This document shows, piece after piece, positions 55,501 through 64,000 of a stretch of DNA of 64,000 nucleotides. The DNA is from an uncultured Gammaproteobacteria bacterium (GTDB lineage Bacteria; Patescibacteriota; Patescibacteriia; 2-12-FULL-60-25). How positions within the stretch are numbered: position 1 is the stretch's first letter; every line of letters begins with the position of its first letter. The notes below the pieces were generated by a model, which made no database searches, was not told the DNA's origin, and was given only the letters and a program-made list of their open reading frames with translations. The stretch is from NCBI GenBank assembly GCA_964563385.1, contig CAZLVV010000002.1:154-64153 (forward strand), written 5' to 3'. Position numbers and translations under genes: made by a program.

Positions 55501-57058
55501 TTCAATTTTTGAACAAAAATCTTTAAATGTGTTTTTCACCAAAACGCTGTTATTTATTATTGTATTTTTTTCTTTAAATTTCCCTCTTTTTGCGTATGCG
55601 TCTTGTTGCACTTGTAATCACCCTCAAATAAAAACCGGAACCATTTGTATCAGCCAAGAAAACAATTCTTGCACTAATTTGGGATCCGTAAACGATGAAT
55701 TAAAATCCGCCACATGCAAAACCGAAAACAATAACTCTACTTGTCGCTTGGTGAAAGATGGTGGAGTCTGTGTCAACAATCCTAATACAACCGCTACCGC
55801 ATTCAAACTTAACGACATTCTTCCCAAAGCGCCTGAATCCACAGAACCCCCTCCTTCCTCCGAATCAACTGAATTCAAACCCACTCCATTCAAATTAAAC
55901 ATAGACATACCTGGTGCAAAATTCTCTAATCCTTCTTTACAACAAGGCATGTTATCCATCCCTTATCTTGGTCAATACATTCAAGCATTTTACAAATTAT
56001 TAATCGGCATAAGTTTAATTGCAGCCGCCATAATGATTATTTACGGCGGTTTTCGCTATGTAGTTTCAGCCACAGCTTCTAAAATCCAATCCGGTAAACA
56101 AATTATAATCGATGCTTTGATGGGTTTAGCTATAGTTTTAGGAGCATACGTAATTCTTGCTAATATCAATCCAAATCTTACTCAACTCGAAAGCCTAACC
56201 TTGCCGTTTGTTGAAAAAGTTCCATGGGATGAAATAGTAGGATCTGCCACTGAAAGGCCTAGTGAAGCATTACGATCTATTGGCAACCCTTCTGATAAAC
56301 AAGCAATAGCACAAGACATAGTACGCTATGCTAAAGAATTCCAAATAGACCCCTGCGTCTTATTAGCGATCTGCAATCATGAATCTGGATTCAAATGGCG
56401 ATACGAAGCTGAATTTATAAATAGAAGTCAGTATGATGCTACAGCGATTGGATATTGTGGCACACATGTAAATTTCTTCCTTGATAATGCAGGTTTTAGC
56501 AATAAAGTTGTCAATCTATTACGAAAAAAATTCCCAGAATTTCCTGCTTGGACTAATGGTAAAAGAAAAATGACTAAAGAAGAAAGAAATGAACGTATAG
56601 ATTGGGTAATAGCGCATCCTCAAGTTTCTTCTTATGTAGCAGCTTATGTATATTATGGCGAACTATCAAATACAAATGTAAATAAAAATGAAATACAAAC
56701 CATCGCAAGATATGGAGCGGGAGGAGGTTCAATGAAAAGATGGATCAATAAAACAAACTGCAAAGTTGAACCAAACATACGTATTAAAAATGCTGTTAAT
56801 CAAGATCGTGCATCAGTTTTAGCCAAATCATGCGTTCCATATGGTGTATCCATTCCAGGAAAAACGCCTAATGATTGCGAAAAAGATTCATATATATGCG
56901 CAGAGTTGAAAGCAAAGAAAAATAAAGGATCTACATTGTATGGTCATTGCCCTTCTAATCCAGACCAAGAATGCGTTGGTATGAAAACCGATGAATTTGC
57001 CCAATACGTACTAAATAAATATAATGAAATGCAAGCTCGCTTCCCTTTTTGCAAATAA
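55472..57058 (+). CDS. exported protein: Cys-rich N-region, conserved two-helix pilin-like membrane module, lytic transglycosylase (SLT)-like domain
   Basis: ORF 55391..57058. Likely start is the ATG at 55472 or the GTG at 55529, which would give signal peptide FFTKTLLFIIVFFSLNFPLFAYA. Shared module IPYLGQYIQAFYKLLIGISLIAAAIMIIYGG...ILANINPNL. SLT-like LAICNHESGF...AIGYCG. Confidence 0.75.
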   Translation: MLLETILKINSIFEQKSLNVFFTKTLLFIIVFFSLNFPLFAYASCCTCNHPQIKTGTICISQENNSCTNLGSVNDELKSATCKTENNNSTCRLVKDGGVCVNNPNTTATAFKLNDILPKAPESTEPPPSSESTEFKPTPFKLNIDIPGAKFSNPSLQQGMLSIPYLGQYIQAFYKLLIGISLIAAAIMIIYGGFRYVVSATASKIQSGKQIIIDALMGLAIVLGAYVILANINPNLTQLESLTLPFVEKVPWDEIVGSATERPSEALRSIGNPSDKQAIAQDIVRYAKEFQIDPCVLLAICNHESGFKWRYEAEFINRSQYDATAIGYCGTHVNFFLDNAGFSNKVVNLLRKKFPEFPAWTNGKRKMTKEERNERIDWVIAHPQVSSYVAAYVYYGELSNTNVNKNEIQTIARYGAGGGSMKRWINKTNCKVEPNIRIKNAVNQDRASVLAKSCVPYGVSIPGKTPNDCEKDSYICAELKAKKNKGSTLYGHCPSNPDQECVGMKTDEFAQYVLNKYNEMQARFPFCK

Positions 57059-57103
57059 TATCACAATCAAAATATTAACCTCAGCAAAAACTAACATAAT
57101 ATC

Positions 57104-58870
57104 ATGGATAAATTAAGTATAATTAAATATTTAAAAAATATTACTTATTTATTAAGTTTAATTTTTATTTTAACATTAACAACACCCGTTAAAGCGCAAA
57201 TAACTTTTAATTGTTATATTTGTCAAGTAGAATCAATAGAAAAAAGCGCCAGTTTCTGTATACAAATACCCAAAGGGCAATCTTTAAACAACTCAATTAG
57301 CATTCTTCAACAAAAATTCGAAAATAACATTACTGTAACATGCGACTCTAACACACTCACAAATATTCAATGTTCCAAATTAGGAACATCTCCAAATTCA
57401 ATCTGCCCAAATGATCCTGTTATTATAGATAAATTTAATCCTAAATCATTACCATTAGAAACTAAACAAACAACAAGCAATTCTGTCATTACAAATGAAA
57501 TCAAAAATACAGCTCCGATTCTTAATATATCCATACCTGGTTTAAATTTTTCTGATACTATTAATGAATCCGGTCAATCTCTTTTAGTACCTTATTTAGC
57601 ACAATACATTTCAGCATTGCAGAAATATCTAACAGGGGTTGCTTTAATCTTAGCGGCTATAATGATTATCATTGGAGGAATTAAATACATAATAGCTTCT
57701 ACCGGTGCAAAAATAGCACATTCTAAAGAAATAATCATTGATGCTGTTATGGGTATGGTTATTGTTTTGGGATCATATTTAATCTTAGTTAATATTAATC
57801 CAAACTTAACCTATCTATCATATCTACAAATTACTCAAGTTGAAAAAGCATCTTACAATCTTAATGCACCAATAGTCAAAGCCGAAGTAATAAAAGCCGC
57901 CACTCCTAAATCTCCAACTTTAATGCCTGTAATAAGATACGGAGGCACCACGCCTGTTACAAGTCCAGCAGAGATAAAAAAACAACCGGTTCAAGACACT
58001 CAAGGAAATTACATTGCACAAGGACAATGTCCAAATGGCATGATTATGATAAAAAATAGCCCTGCCTATACCGCCAAAACAACAAAAAATGTAAAGTCTT
58101 TTTGTATGGATAAATTCGAAGCTCCCAATATGCCAGGCGTAAAACCATACATTGGCGTAGCTGATCCTGAAGCAGACTGGTGGTGTAATGAACGAGGAAA
58201 AAGACTTTGTACAATTGACGAATTTCAACGAGCCTGTCTTGGGCCTGAAGGAACGCAAACTGTTATGTTTGGAACTGAATACATTAGAGGACGATGGTAT
58301 TACGAGGGTAAGGGGCCCTCAGCCAAATTAAAAGGAAACAATAACAATGAACCAGCTCCATGTAATTACGACAGTAAAAGTGATGTTTATCAAACAGAAA
58401 AATTAATAAAAGCTTACGAAAGTTTAACAGTTTATTTCACAAAAGAATATAGTGTTCTGAATCCTGATAATCCAAAATTAACTGATCCTCGATACAAGCG
58501 TTTATATGATGCTTGGAAAGACGCTATAGATAAATTTGCTAAACAAGAACCTAGTGGAGAAAGAATCAATTGTCGTTCAGTTGAAGGTGTTTATGATTTG
58601 TTAGCCAATACACAAGAAATTGTTTTAAGTGAATTAGGCGCTTCAAAAAGCATAGAAGAACGTATGGAGATAGCAAAAAAAGGTGCAACCAGTAAAGCAA
58701 AGCCTTATATGTGGGCCGGTTTCTACTGGTCACCTTTGCATCACTTGGGAAAAAACAATTCAAATGTTGGTTCTTTGCCTTCATGTACAGTAACGTCTGG
58801 AAGCGAACATACTTCCAACTATCGTTCACATGAAAATGGCTTTCGTTGCTGTTTAAGCTTAGAAGAATAA
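57104..58870 (+). CDS. exported protein: Cys-rich N-region, the same two-helix module, FGE-sulfatase (SUMF1-like) domain
   Basis: 588 aa. Module VPYLAQYISALQKYLTGVALILAAIMIIIGG...ILVNINPNL. FCMDKFEAPN...ADWWCNERGKRLCTIDEFQRAC...RSHENGFRCC matches the FGE-sulfatase pattern. Confidence 0.75.
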   Translation: MDKLSIIKYLKNITYLLSLIFILTLTTPVKAQITFNCYICQVESIEKSASFCIQIPKGQSLNNSISILQQKFENNITVTCDSNTLTNIQCSKLGTSPNSICPNDPVIIDKFNPKSLPLETKQTTSNSVITNEIKNTAPILNISIPGLNFSDTINESGQSLLVPYLAQYISALQKYLTGVALILAAIMIIIGGIKYIIASTGAKIAHSKEIIIDAVMGMVIVLGSYLILVNINPNLTYLSYLQITQVEKASYNLNAPIVKAEVIKAATPKSPTLMPVIRYGGTTPVTSPAEIKKQPVQDTQGNYIAQGQCPNGMIMIKNSPAYTAKTTKNVKSFCMDKFEAPNMPGVKPYIGVADPEADWWCNERGKRLCTIDEFQRACLGPEGTQTVMFGTEYIRGRWYYEGKGPSAKLKGNNNNEPAPCNYDSKSDVYQTEKLIKAYESLTVYFTKEYSVLNPDNPKLTDPRYKRLYDAWKDAIDKFAKQEPSGERINCRSVEGVYDLLANTQEIVLSELGASKSIEERMEIAKKGATSKAKPYMWAGFYWSPLHHLGKNNSNVGSLPSCTVTSGSEHTSNYRSHENGFRCCLSLEE

Positions 58871-58874
58871 AAAA

Positions 58875-60233
58875 TTAAGGCTTGTATTTCACATCACAAT
58901 TTTTCATAAGACTATGTGGAGGTGTTGGCGGGAAAGCACATTCCGTACAATCAATAGAATAAACTCCAGAATAATTATAGTGCCACATCTCTGAGCACAT
59001 TCTACGCCAACCAGCTTCAGCTAATATCTTTTGTAAAATTTTAGAATTTTCAATACCCATCGAAACCGTTCCATCAACTTGATTTACATTAGTTTTTTTA
59101 TCACAAAGCGGACCTCCAACAGTCAATAAATTAGCAAATTTATCATCTATTTTTAAATATTCTTTTTTCTTTCCTTTTTTAATCTTTAAAGTTCGCAACA
59201 TATAGCTCTTGTCTGACAAACCGCCTAAATTTACATCAATGGCCAAGCCTAAATTATGAGGAGATGCTCCCGGAAAAGTTAAACCACCACTATTCTTATT
59301 ACCAGTCGTCATCCTATTACACCATTCCTTCAAATGAGCTTCAACAGGCCTCGTTGTTACAGGTACATACAAAAAATACCCCTGCGCTTTTGCGATTTCA
59401 CCAGCTTTAATTAAAGCATTTTTTGCTTCCGGTATTAAATAAGCTCCTCCACCTTCTTTAGGAAAATATAAACCATATTGCTTTATTTGTTCTTCCGGAG
59501 TTAGATTTGAAATTTCGTTAAAATTCGCCAAATCACTTAATTTTGGATAAACAGATGTATCATATTCCAACTCTCCAGTAGCACACTTACACGATTCTAC
59601 GGTAGTGCATATCGCTCTCGCTGGTTTATATTTAGGATTAACTACACAGCCTTTATTTCCACCTCTATCCTCTCCTTCTGATAAAACCTGATCTGCTGTA
59701 GATGATTGAAAAGATTGTTGAGAAGAAACTGTAGAGTCACCCAATATATCTTCAATACTACTATCAGGATAAGCTTCACCCCACAATTTCTGTTCTGTTT
59801 TTAACATGGTTAAACCTGAAAAATTAAGTAAATTGGGATTAATGTTAGCAATAATTACATAAGCGCCTAAAAAAATAACCATACCCACTATAGCATCAAT
59901 CATTTTTTGCTTAGCATTTTGAACCTGAATTCCTGTTGAAGACAAAAGATATAAATAGCCACCATAAATCAACATAATTGCAGCAACCAGCACAGCAATA
60001 CCAACTGAATATTTAAAAAAAGCATAAATATACGTTGCTAAAAAAGGAATAGTTATATAATCACCATTAATAATAATAGGGCTTTCCGTAAAATCTAAAC
60101 CCTGAATCGAAACGTTTAACTCCGGTGCATAATAAACATCATCTTCTGCCGCATTTACAGAAAAGCTTATAAAACATAAAAAAACCAAAATCAAAATTTG
60201 AAAATAAAATATAAAACGAAGTTTAATAAACAT
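58875..60233 (-). CDS. exported protein: the same two-helix module, M15 (VanY/D-Ala-D-Ala carboxypeptidase-type) zinc peptidase domain
   Basis: 452 aa. Module IPFLATYIYAFFKYSVGIAVLVAAIMLIYGG...IIANINPNL. M15 motifs TTRPVEAH, SPHNLGLAIDV (SxHxxGxAxD), EMWHYNY. Confidence 0.78.
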   Translation of the reverse strand: MFIKLRFIFYFQILILVFLCFISFSVNAAEDDVYYAPELNVSIQGLDFTESPIIINGDYITIPFLATYIYAFFKYSVGIAVLVAAIMLIYGGYLYLLSSTGIQVQNAKQKMIDAIVGMVIFLGAYVIIANINPNLLNFSGLTMLKTEQKLWGEAYPDSSIEDILGDSTVSSQQSFQSSTADQVLSEGEDRGGNKGCVVNPKYKPARAICTTVESCKCATGELEYDTSVYPKLSDLANFNEISNLTPEEQIKQYGLYFPKEGGGAYLIPEAKNALIKAGEIAKAQGYFLYVPVTTRPVEAHLKEWCNRMTTGNKNSGGLTFPGASPHNLGLAIDVNLGGLSDKSYMLRTLKIKKGKKKEYLKIDDKFANLLTVGGPLCDKKTNVNQVDGTVSMGIENSKILQKILAEAGWRRMCSEMWHYNYSGVYSIDCTECAFPPTPPHSLMKNCDVKYKP

Positions 60234-60337
60234 TTATATTTTTATTAAATATTGTATCATCATTCCAATCTATTATCAAATTATTTTACATAGCACAATT
60301 ATTGTATTTAATAATCTTATAATTTATTATATACGTT

Positions 60338-61699
60338 ATGCCCAAATCCACACCCATTCATACCTGTTCCAAATGCGACGCTCAATTTCCTAAATGGAGT
60401 GGACGTTGCGAATCTTGTGGTTCTTGGGGCACTATCAGTAAAGAAACCGTTTTGCCAAGCTTAGAATCTAATTCCAGCTTCATGATTAAAGCATCTCCTG
60501 CTAAATTGACCTCTTTTCAATCCTTAATGCAAAATGATGCTAACGTAAAACGTGGAACAATTGTTGGCTTGGAAGCGATTGATACGGTTCTTGGCAATAA
60601 TTTGGTTCCCGGATCTGTAACTTTAATTGCCGGAGAACCGGGTATGGGTAAATCCACATTATTAACCGAACTTGCTCTAAAAATGGCTCAAGATGGCAAA
60701 AAAATCATCTATGTTACCGGAGAAGAATCTCCTTCTCAAATCAATCTTCGAATCAAACGCTTATCCAATTCCACACCAAATAACTTATATTTCTTAGAAG
60801 ATACTCAAACAGAAGTCATCTCGGCAACAATAGAGGTCGAAAAACCGGATCTTGTTATAATCGATTCAATCCAATCTATAAAAACAGCCGAAGTAACTGG
60901 TGAAGCCGGTTCGATTAATCAAGTTAAAACTTCAACCGCAATTTTAACTCAAACCGCCAAGAAAACTTCAGTGCCTATCATTTTAGTTGGTCAAGTTACC
61001 AAGGATGGCGATATTGCCGGTCCGCGAGTTTTAGAACATATTGTGGACACGGTCTTAAATCTCGAAGGAGATCGTTTACATCGTTATAGAATTTTGCGAG
61101 TTATCAAACATCGCTTCGGTTCCACGGATGAGATTGTTTTGTTAGATATGACAGAAACCGGTTTAAGAATTGTCCAAGATCCTTCAGCCACCATAATTGA
61201 AAATCGTCCAACATCAGCTCCTGGTTCAGCCATTGGTTGCGTTCTAGAGGGACGTCGTCCTCTTTTGGTGGAAATCCAAGCTCTAATCTCTCCTGCAGGT
61301 TACAGTACGCCAACCCGCAAAGCCACGGGGTTGGATGGCACGCGCCTCAACATGCTTTTAGCCGTTCTCTCACGACACGCTGGCCTTAAAGTCTACGACA
61401 AAGATGTTTATGCCAATGTGGCCGGAGGGCTCCCAATTCGTGATCCGGCTTCGGATTTAGCATTAGCTACTGCAATTTCAAGCGCAGTACACAACAAACC
61501 ATTAGAAGCTAAAACCGCTTATTTCGGTGAAATCGGCCTCACTGGCGAGCTTCGACCTGTTGCTCTTCCTGAACTTCGCATCAAAGAGCTTTCTCGCATG
61601 GGATTCACAACTATCATTTGCCCAGTTTCTAAAAATCTAAAACCAATAACCAACATTAACATTATTCAAGTTAAAACAGTCAGCGAAGCCTTGAGGTAA
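60338..61699 (+). CDS. radA: DNA repair protein RadA/Sms
   Basis: 453 aa. Zn finger CSKCDAQFPKWSGRCESCGSWG, Walker A GEPGMGKST, KHRFG (KNRFG-type) motif and a Lon-like C-terminal domain. Confidence 0.92.
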   Translation: MPKSTPIHTCSKCDAQFPKWSGRCESCGSWGTISKETVLPSLESNSSFMIKASPAKLTSFQSLMQNDANVKRGTIVGLEAIDTVLGNNLVPGSVTLIAGEPGMGKSTLLTELALKMAQDGKKIIYVTGEESPSQINLRIKRLSNSTPNNLYFLEDTQTEVISATIEVEKPDLVIIDSIQSIKTAEVTGEAGSINQVKTSTAILTQTAKKTSVPIILVGQVTKDGDIAGPRVLEHIVDTVLNLEGDRLHRYRILRVIKHRFGSTDEIVLLDMTETGLRIVQDPSATIIENRPTSAPGSAIGCVLEGRRPLLVEIQALISPAGYSTPTRKATGLDGTRLNMLLAVLSRHAGLKVYDKDVYANVAGGLPIRDPASDLALATAISSAVHNKPLEAKTAYFGEIGLTGELRPVALPELRIKELSRMGFTTIICPVSKNLKPITNINIIQVKTVSEALR

Positions 61700-61790
61700 T
61701 AAAAACCATATCATCATTCACGACTCAATTGGGAATTCATACTACTTCATCATTCCCTCACTATCATCATCACCTTCTCAACCCTCACCC

Positions 61791-63887
61791 TCACTCCCCA
61801 TGTTCCGTCTCCGTAAGCGACTCTGCGCGCTTGCGAAGTTTGGGATAGTTAGCAAGCATTGGATCAATTTGCATCAATTTCATGGCTTCATCACGAGCTT
61901 TTTGCATAACCACATAATCCTCCCAAGGCCTTACGTGATGAAAAATATTTTTTCCGGATTGTTGCGTGCCTAAAATATTTCCTGACCCTCTCATTTTTAA
62001 ATCTTCCTCAGCGATTACAAAACCATCATTAGAACGCTCCATTATCCTCAATCTATCAATTGAGACCGACTCATCAGTAGCGATCAAATAACAAGCGCAA
62101 TCTTTATCAGAGCGTCCAATACGTCCACGTAGTTGATGCAATTGAGCCAAACCAAATCTTTCCGCTGATTCAATTACCATAATAGTGGCATTAGGAATAT
62201 CAATTCCCACTTCCACAACTGTAGTGGCAATTAATATATCCGCTTTTTTATCCTTAAAATCAATCATTGTCTTATCTTTATCTACTGAATTCATTTTTCC
62301 ATGTAAAACCGATATTTTGAGATTTTTCAATGCTCCGGATTTTAACCGCAGAGCTTCTGCTTCCACACTTTTTGACCCCAACTTATCCGATGGGTCAATA
62401 AGCGGACAAACTATAAAAGCCTGTTCTCCACGAAATACAGCATCTATAATCGCTTTATAAGCCAAATTACGTCCAACATCCCCTATCAAAACATGAGTTT
62501 TAATAGGTTTTCTTCCGATTGGTTTGGTTTTAATAATAGAAACATCCAAATCACCCAAAAAAGTTAACGCCAAAGAACGCGGTATGGGAGTAGCCGTCAT
62601 TGAAAGCAAATGCGGAACCTTATTATCCAACCTTTGTAAAACTGTAAGCGCTTCTCTTTGCGCGACACCAAAACGATGCTGTTCATCCACAATCGCCAAA
62701 GCCAAATCCGGCGGGCATTGCCCCAACTGCAACAAAGCTTGCGTTCCAACAGCAATCACGCGACCCAAAGCCATTCTCTCTTTGGCTTCCGAAAGTTTCA
62801 TTAATTTTCCTTCGCCATTTTCATAAAATATTCGCGACGACGACGTCATTAACAATATCGGAATATGATGCTGTCCCAAAAACCTGCTCAATGTTATGGC
62901 ATGTTGTTTAGCTAATATTTCAGTTGGCGCCATAATTGCCACTGAATATCCTTGACGATGAACCATGGCCGCGCAAAAAATCGCAACAATTGTTTTGCCC
63001 GAACCCACATCGCCCTGTATCAATCGACGCATTGGACGAGTATTTTGCATGTCTTGCAAAGTCGCCCAAACCGCACGTTTTTGATCCGCAGTAAGCTCGA
63101 AAGGCAATTTAGCTACGAAATTTTTTGCAAAAACTTGATCAAACTTCACTTCCGGAGCGCCTTCTTGATCTGCTTTATTGCGCGCCAATCTTAAAGCCAG
63201 TTGATAATAAAAAACCTCATCAAAAGCAAAACGTTGCCGACCCAATTTTGCTTGTTCTAGAGTCTCAGGTTTATGAACATAATGTATTGCTGTTATCAAA
63301 CTTGGTTGTTTAGCATTACGCAATATTGAATCAAGTATAATATCCGGCGCATTATCAAATTCATCTAATACAACTTTCATGATTTTACGCAAAGTTTTTT
63401 GCGTAACCTGCCCGATCAAAGGGTAAACAGGAGCAATATTACCCGTTGCTACTGTTTTCTGATTCGCAGGTTCCCAAATCGGACTCGTAAAACTCCTCCC
63501 ATACTTAGGATGCAATCTCACAGTTCCGGAAACATAAATCTCATCACCGATTTTCACTTGATCCAGCATCCAAGGCTGATTAAACCAAGTAATACCAATA
63601 CTCCCCGAATCATCCTCCAATAGCCCGCGTATCATCACAATTCGCTTACGAAAAGTCGGTATTTTTTTTAATTGCTTGACTTTAGCTTTAATTGTAACAG
63701 ATTCACCTATGGGAATTTCGGCTATGGGCACTAATTGCGAATAATCATCATAACGACGAGGTAAAATAGACAATAATTCTCCTACCGTTTCCACTTCCAA
63801 TTTACTCAAAACTCGCCGTTGTTGCGCCGTTAATCCATGAATATAGCTTGTTGGATCATCCCAATTTAGCATATAAAACTCACGCAA
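61791..63887 (-). CDS. recG: ATP-dependent DNA helicase RecG
   Basis: 698 aa. Wedge/OB N-domain and helicase motifs GDVGSGKT, DEQHRFG, TATPIPRSL, QLRGRIGR. The start may be the second ATG (MLNWDDP). Confidence 0.92.
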   Translation of the reverse strand: MREFYMLNWDDPTSYIHGLTAQQRRVLSKLEVETVGELLSILPRRYDDYSQLVPIAEIPIGESVTIKAKVKQLKKIPTFRKRIVMIRGLLEDDSGSIGITWFNQPWMLDQVKIGDEIYVSGTVRLHPKYGRSFTSPIWEPANQKTVATGNIAPVYPLIGQVTQKTLRKIMKVVLDEFDNAPDIILDSILRNAKQPSLITAIHYVHKPETLEQAKLGRQRFAFDEVFYYQLALRLARNKADQEGAPEVKFDQVFAKNFVAKLPFELTADQKRAVWATLQDMQNTRPMRRLIQGDVGSGKTIVAIFCAAMVHRQGYSVAIMAPTEILAKQHAITLSRFLGQHHIPILLMTSSSRIFYENGEGKLMKLSEAKERMALGRVIAVGTQALLQLGQCPPDLALAIVDEQHRFGVAQREALTVLQRLDNKVPHLLSMTATPIPRSLALTFLGDLDVSIIKTKPIGRKPIKTHVLIGDVGRNLAYKAIIDAVFRGEQAFIVCPLIDPSDKLGSKSVEAEALRLKSGALKNLKISVLHGKMNSVDKDKTMIDFKDKKADILIATTVVEVGIDIPNATIMVIESAERFGLAQLHQLRGRIGRSDKDCACYLIATDESVSIDRLRIMERSNDGFVIAEEDLKMRGSGNILGTQQSGKNIFHHVRPWEDYVVMQKARDEAMKLMQIDPMLANYPKLRKRAESLTETEHGE

Positions 63888-64000
63888 TTAAGCTTAACAA
63901 ATCCATAAAACAAATCAAATAATCCGAATTTCACACTCTCTATTAACATTTCAATAAAATACGATTTTAGATATTAACTATCACTTTTTAAGCTCGACGA

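Noticed and set aside
1-64000. Alternative genetic code (UGA recoding, as in Gracilibacteria/Absconditabacteria)
   Set aside because: Long conserved genes are intact under the standard code, and several ORFs end in TGA. Examples are cas2 (stop at 34503-34505) and the BNR protein (stop at 6358-6360), with downstream signals consistent with termination.

Overview
This is a low-GC bacterial chromosome segment. Hand counts on sample lines give about 27-38% G+C outside one island. Genes are tightly packed and mostly on the minus strand. Housekeeping genes recognised are tpiA, glyQS, frr, a holB-like gene, smpB plus tmRNA, infC-rpmI-rplT, thrS, dnaE, pheST, rseP, murI, htpX, clpC, radA and recG, with two tRNAs. 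There are many orphan secreted or membrane proteins and almost no Shine-Dalgarno motifs. The standard genetic code applies, because TGA terminates several ORFs. This gene content suggests a reduced, CPR/Patescibacteria-like genome, but that is an inference. The main result is a complete class 2 single-effector CRISPR-Cas locus on the minus strand at 30975-40285. It encodes a 1310-aa RuvC-only nuclease of the Cas12a/Cpf1 type, then Cas4, Cas1 and Cas2, a 163-bp AT-rich leader, and 55 copies of a 36-nt repeat with 54 spacers of 25-27 nt. The transcribed repeat ends in the AAUUUCUAC-UUUU-GUAGAU crRNA handle, and no tracrRNA candidate is visible. The leader-distal end of the array shows a 186-bp unit duplication, a stem-breaking repeat variant and a degenerate last repeat. 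Other items worth a second look: (1) a 4.5-kb GC-rich island (about 8600-13100) of three secreted proteins that, unlike their neighbours, carry strong SD motifs; (2) three paralogous proteins (55472-60233) that share a pilin-like two-helix membrane module, each fused to a different cell-wall-active domain (SLT, FGE-sulfatase-like, M15/VanY); (3) a T-box leader with promoter, antiterminator and terminator upstream of thrS; (4) a tmRNA with an unusually long predicted tag; (5) a perfect-frame 4 x 54-bp tandem repeat inside a membrane protein gene.
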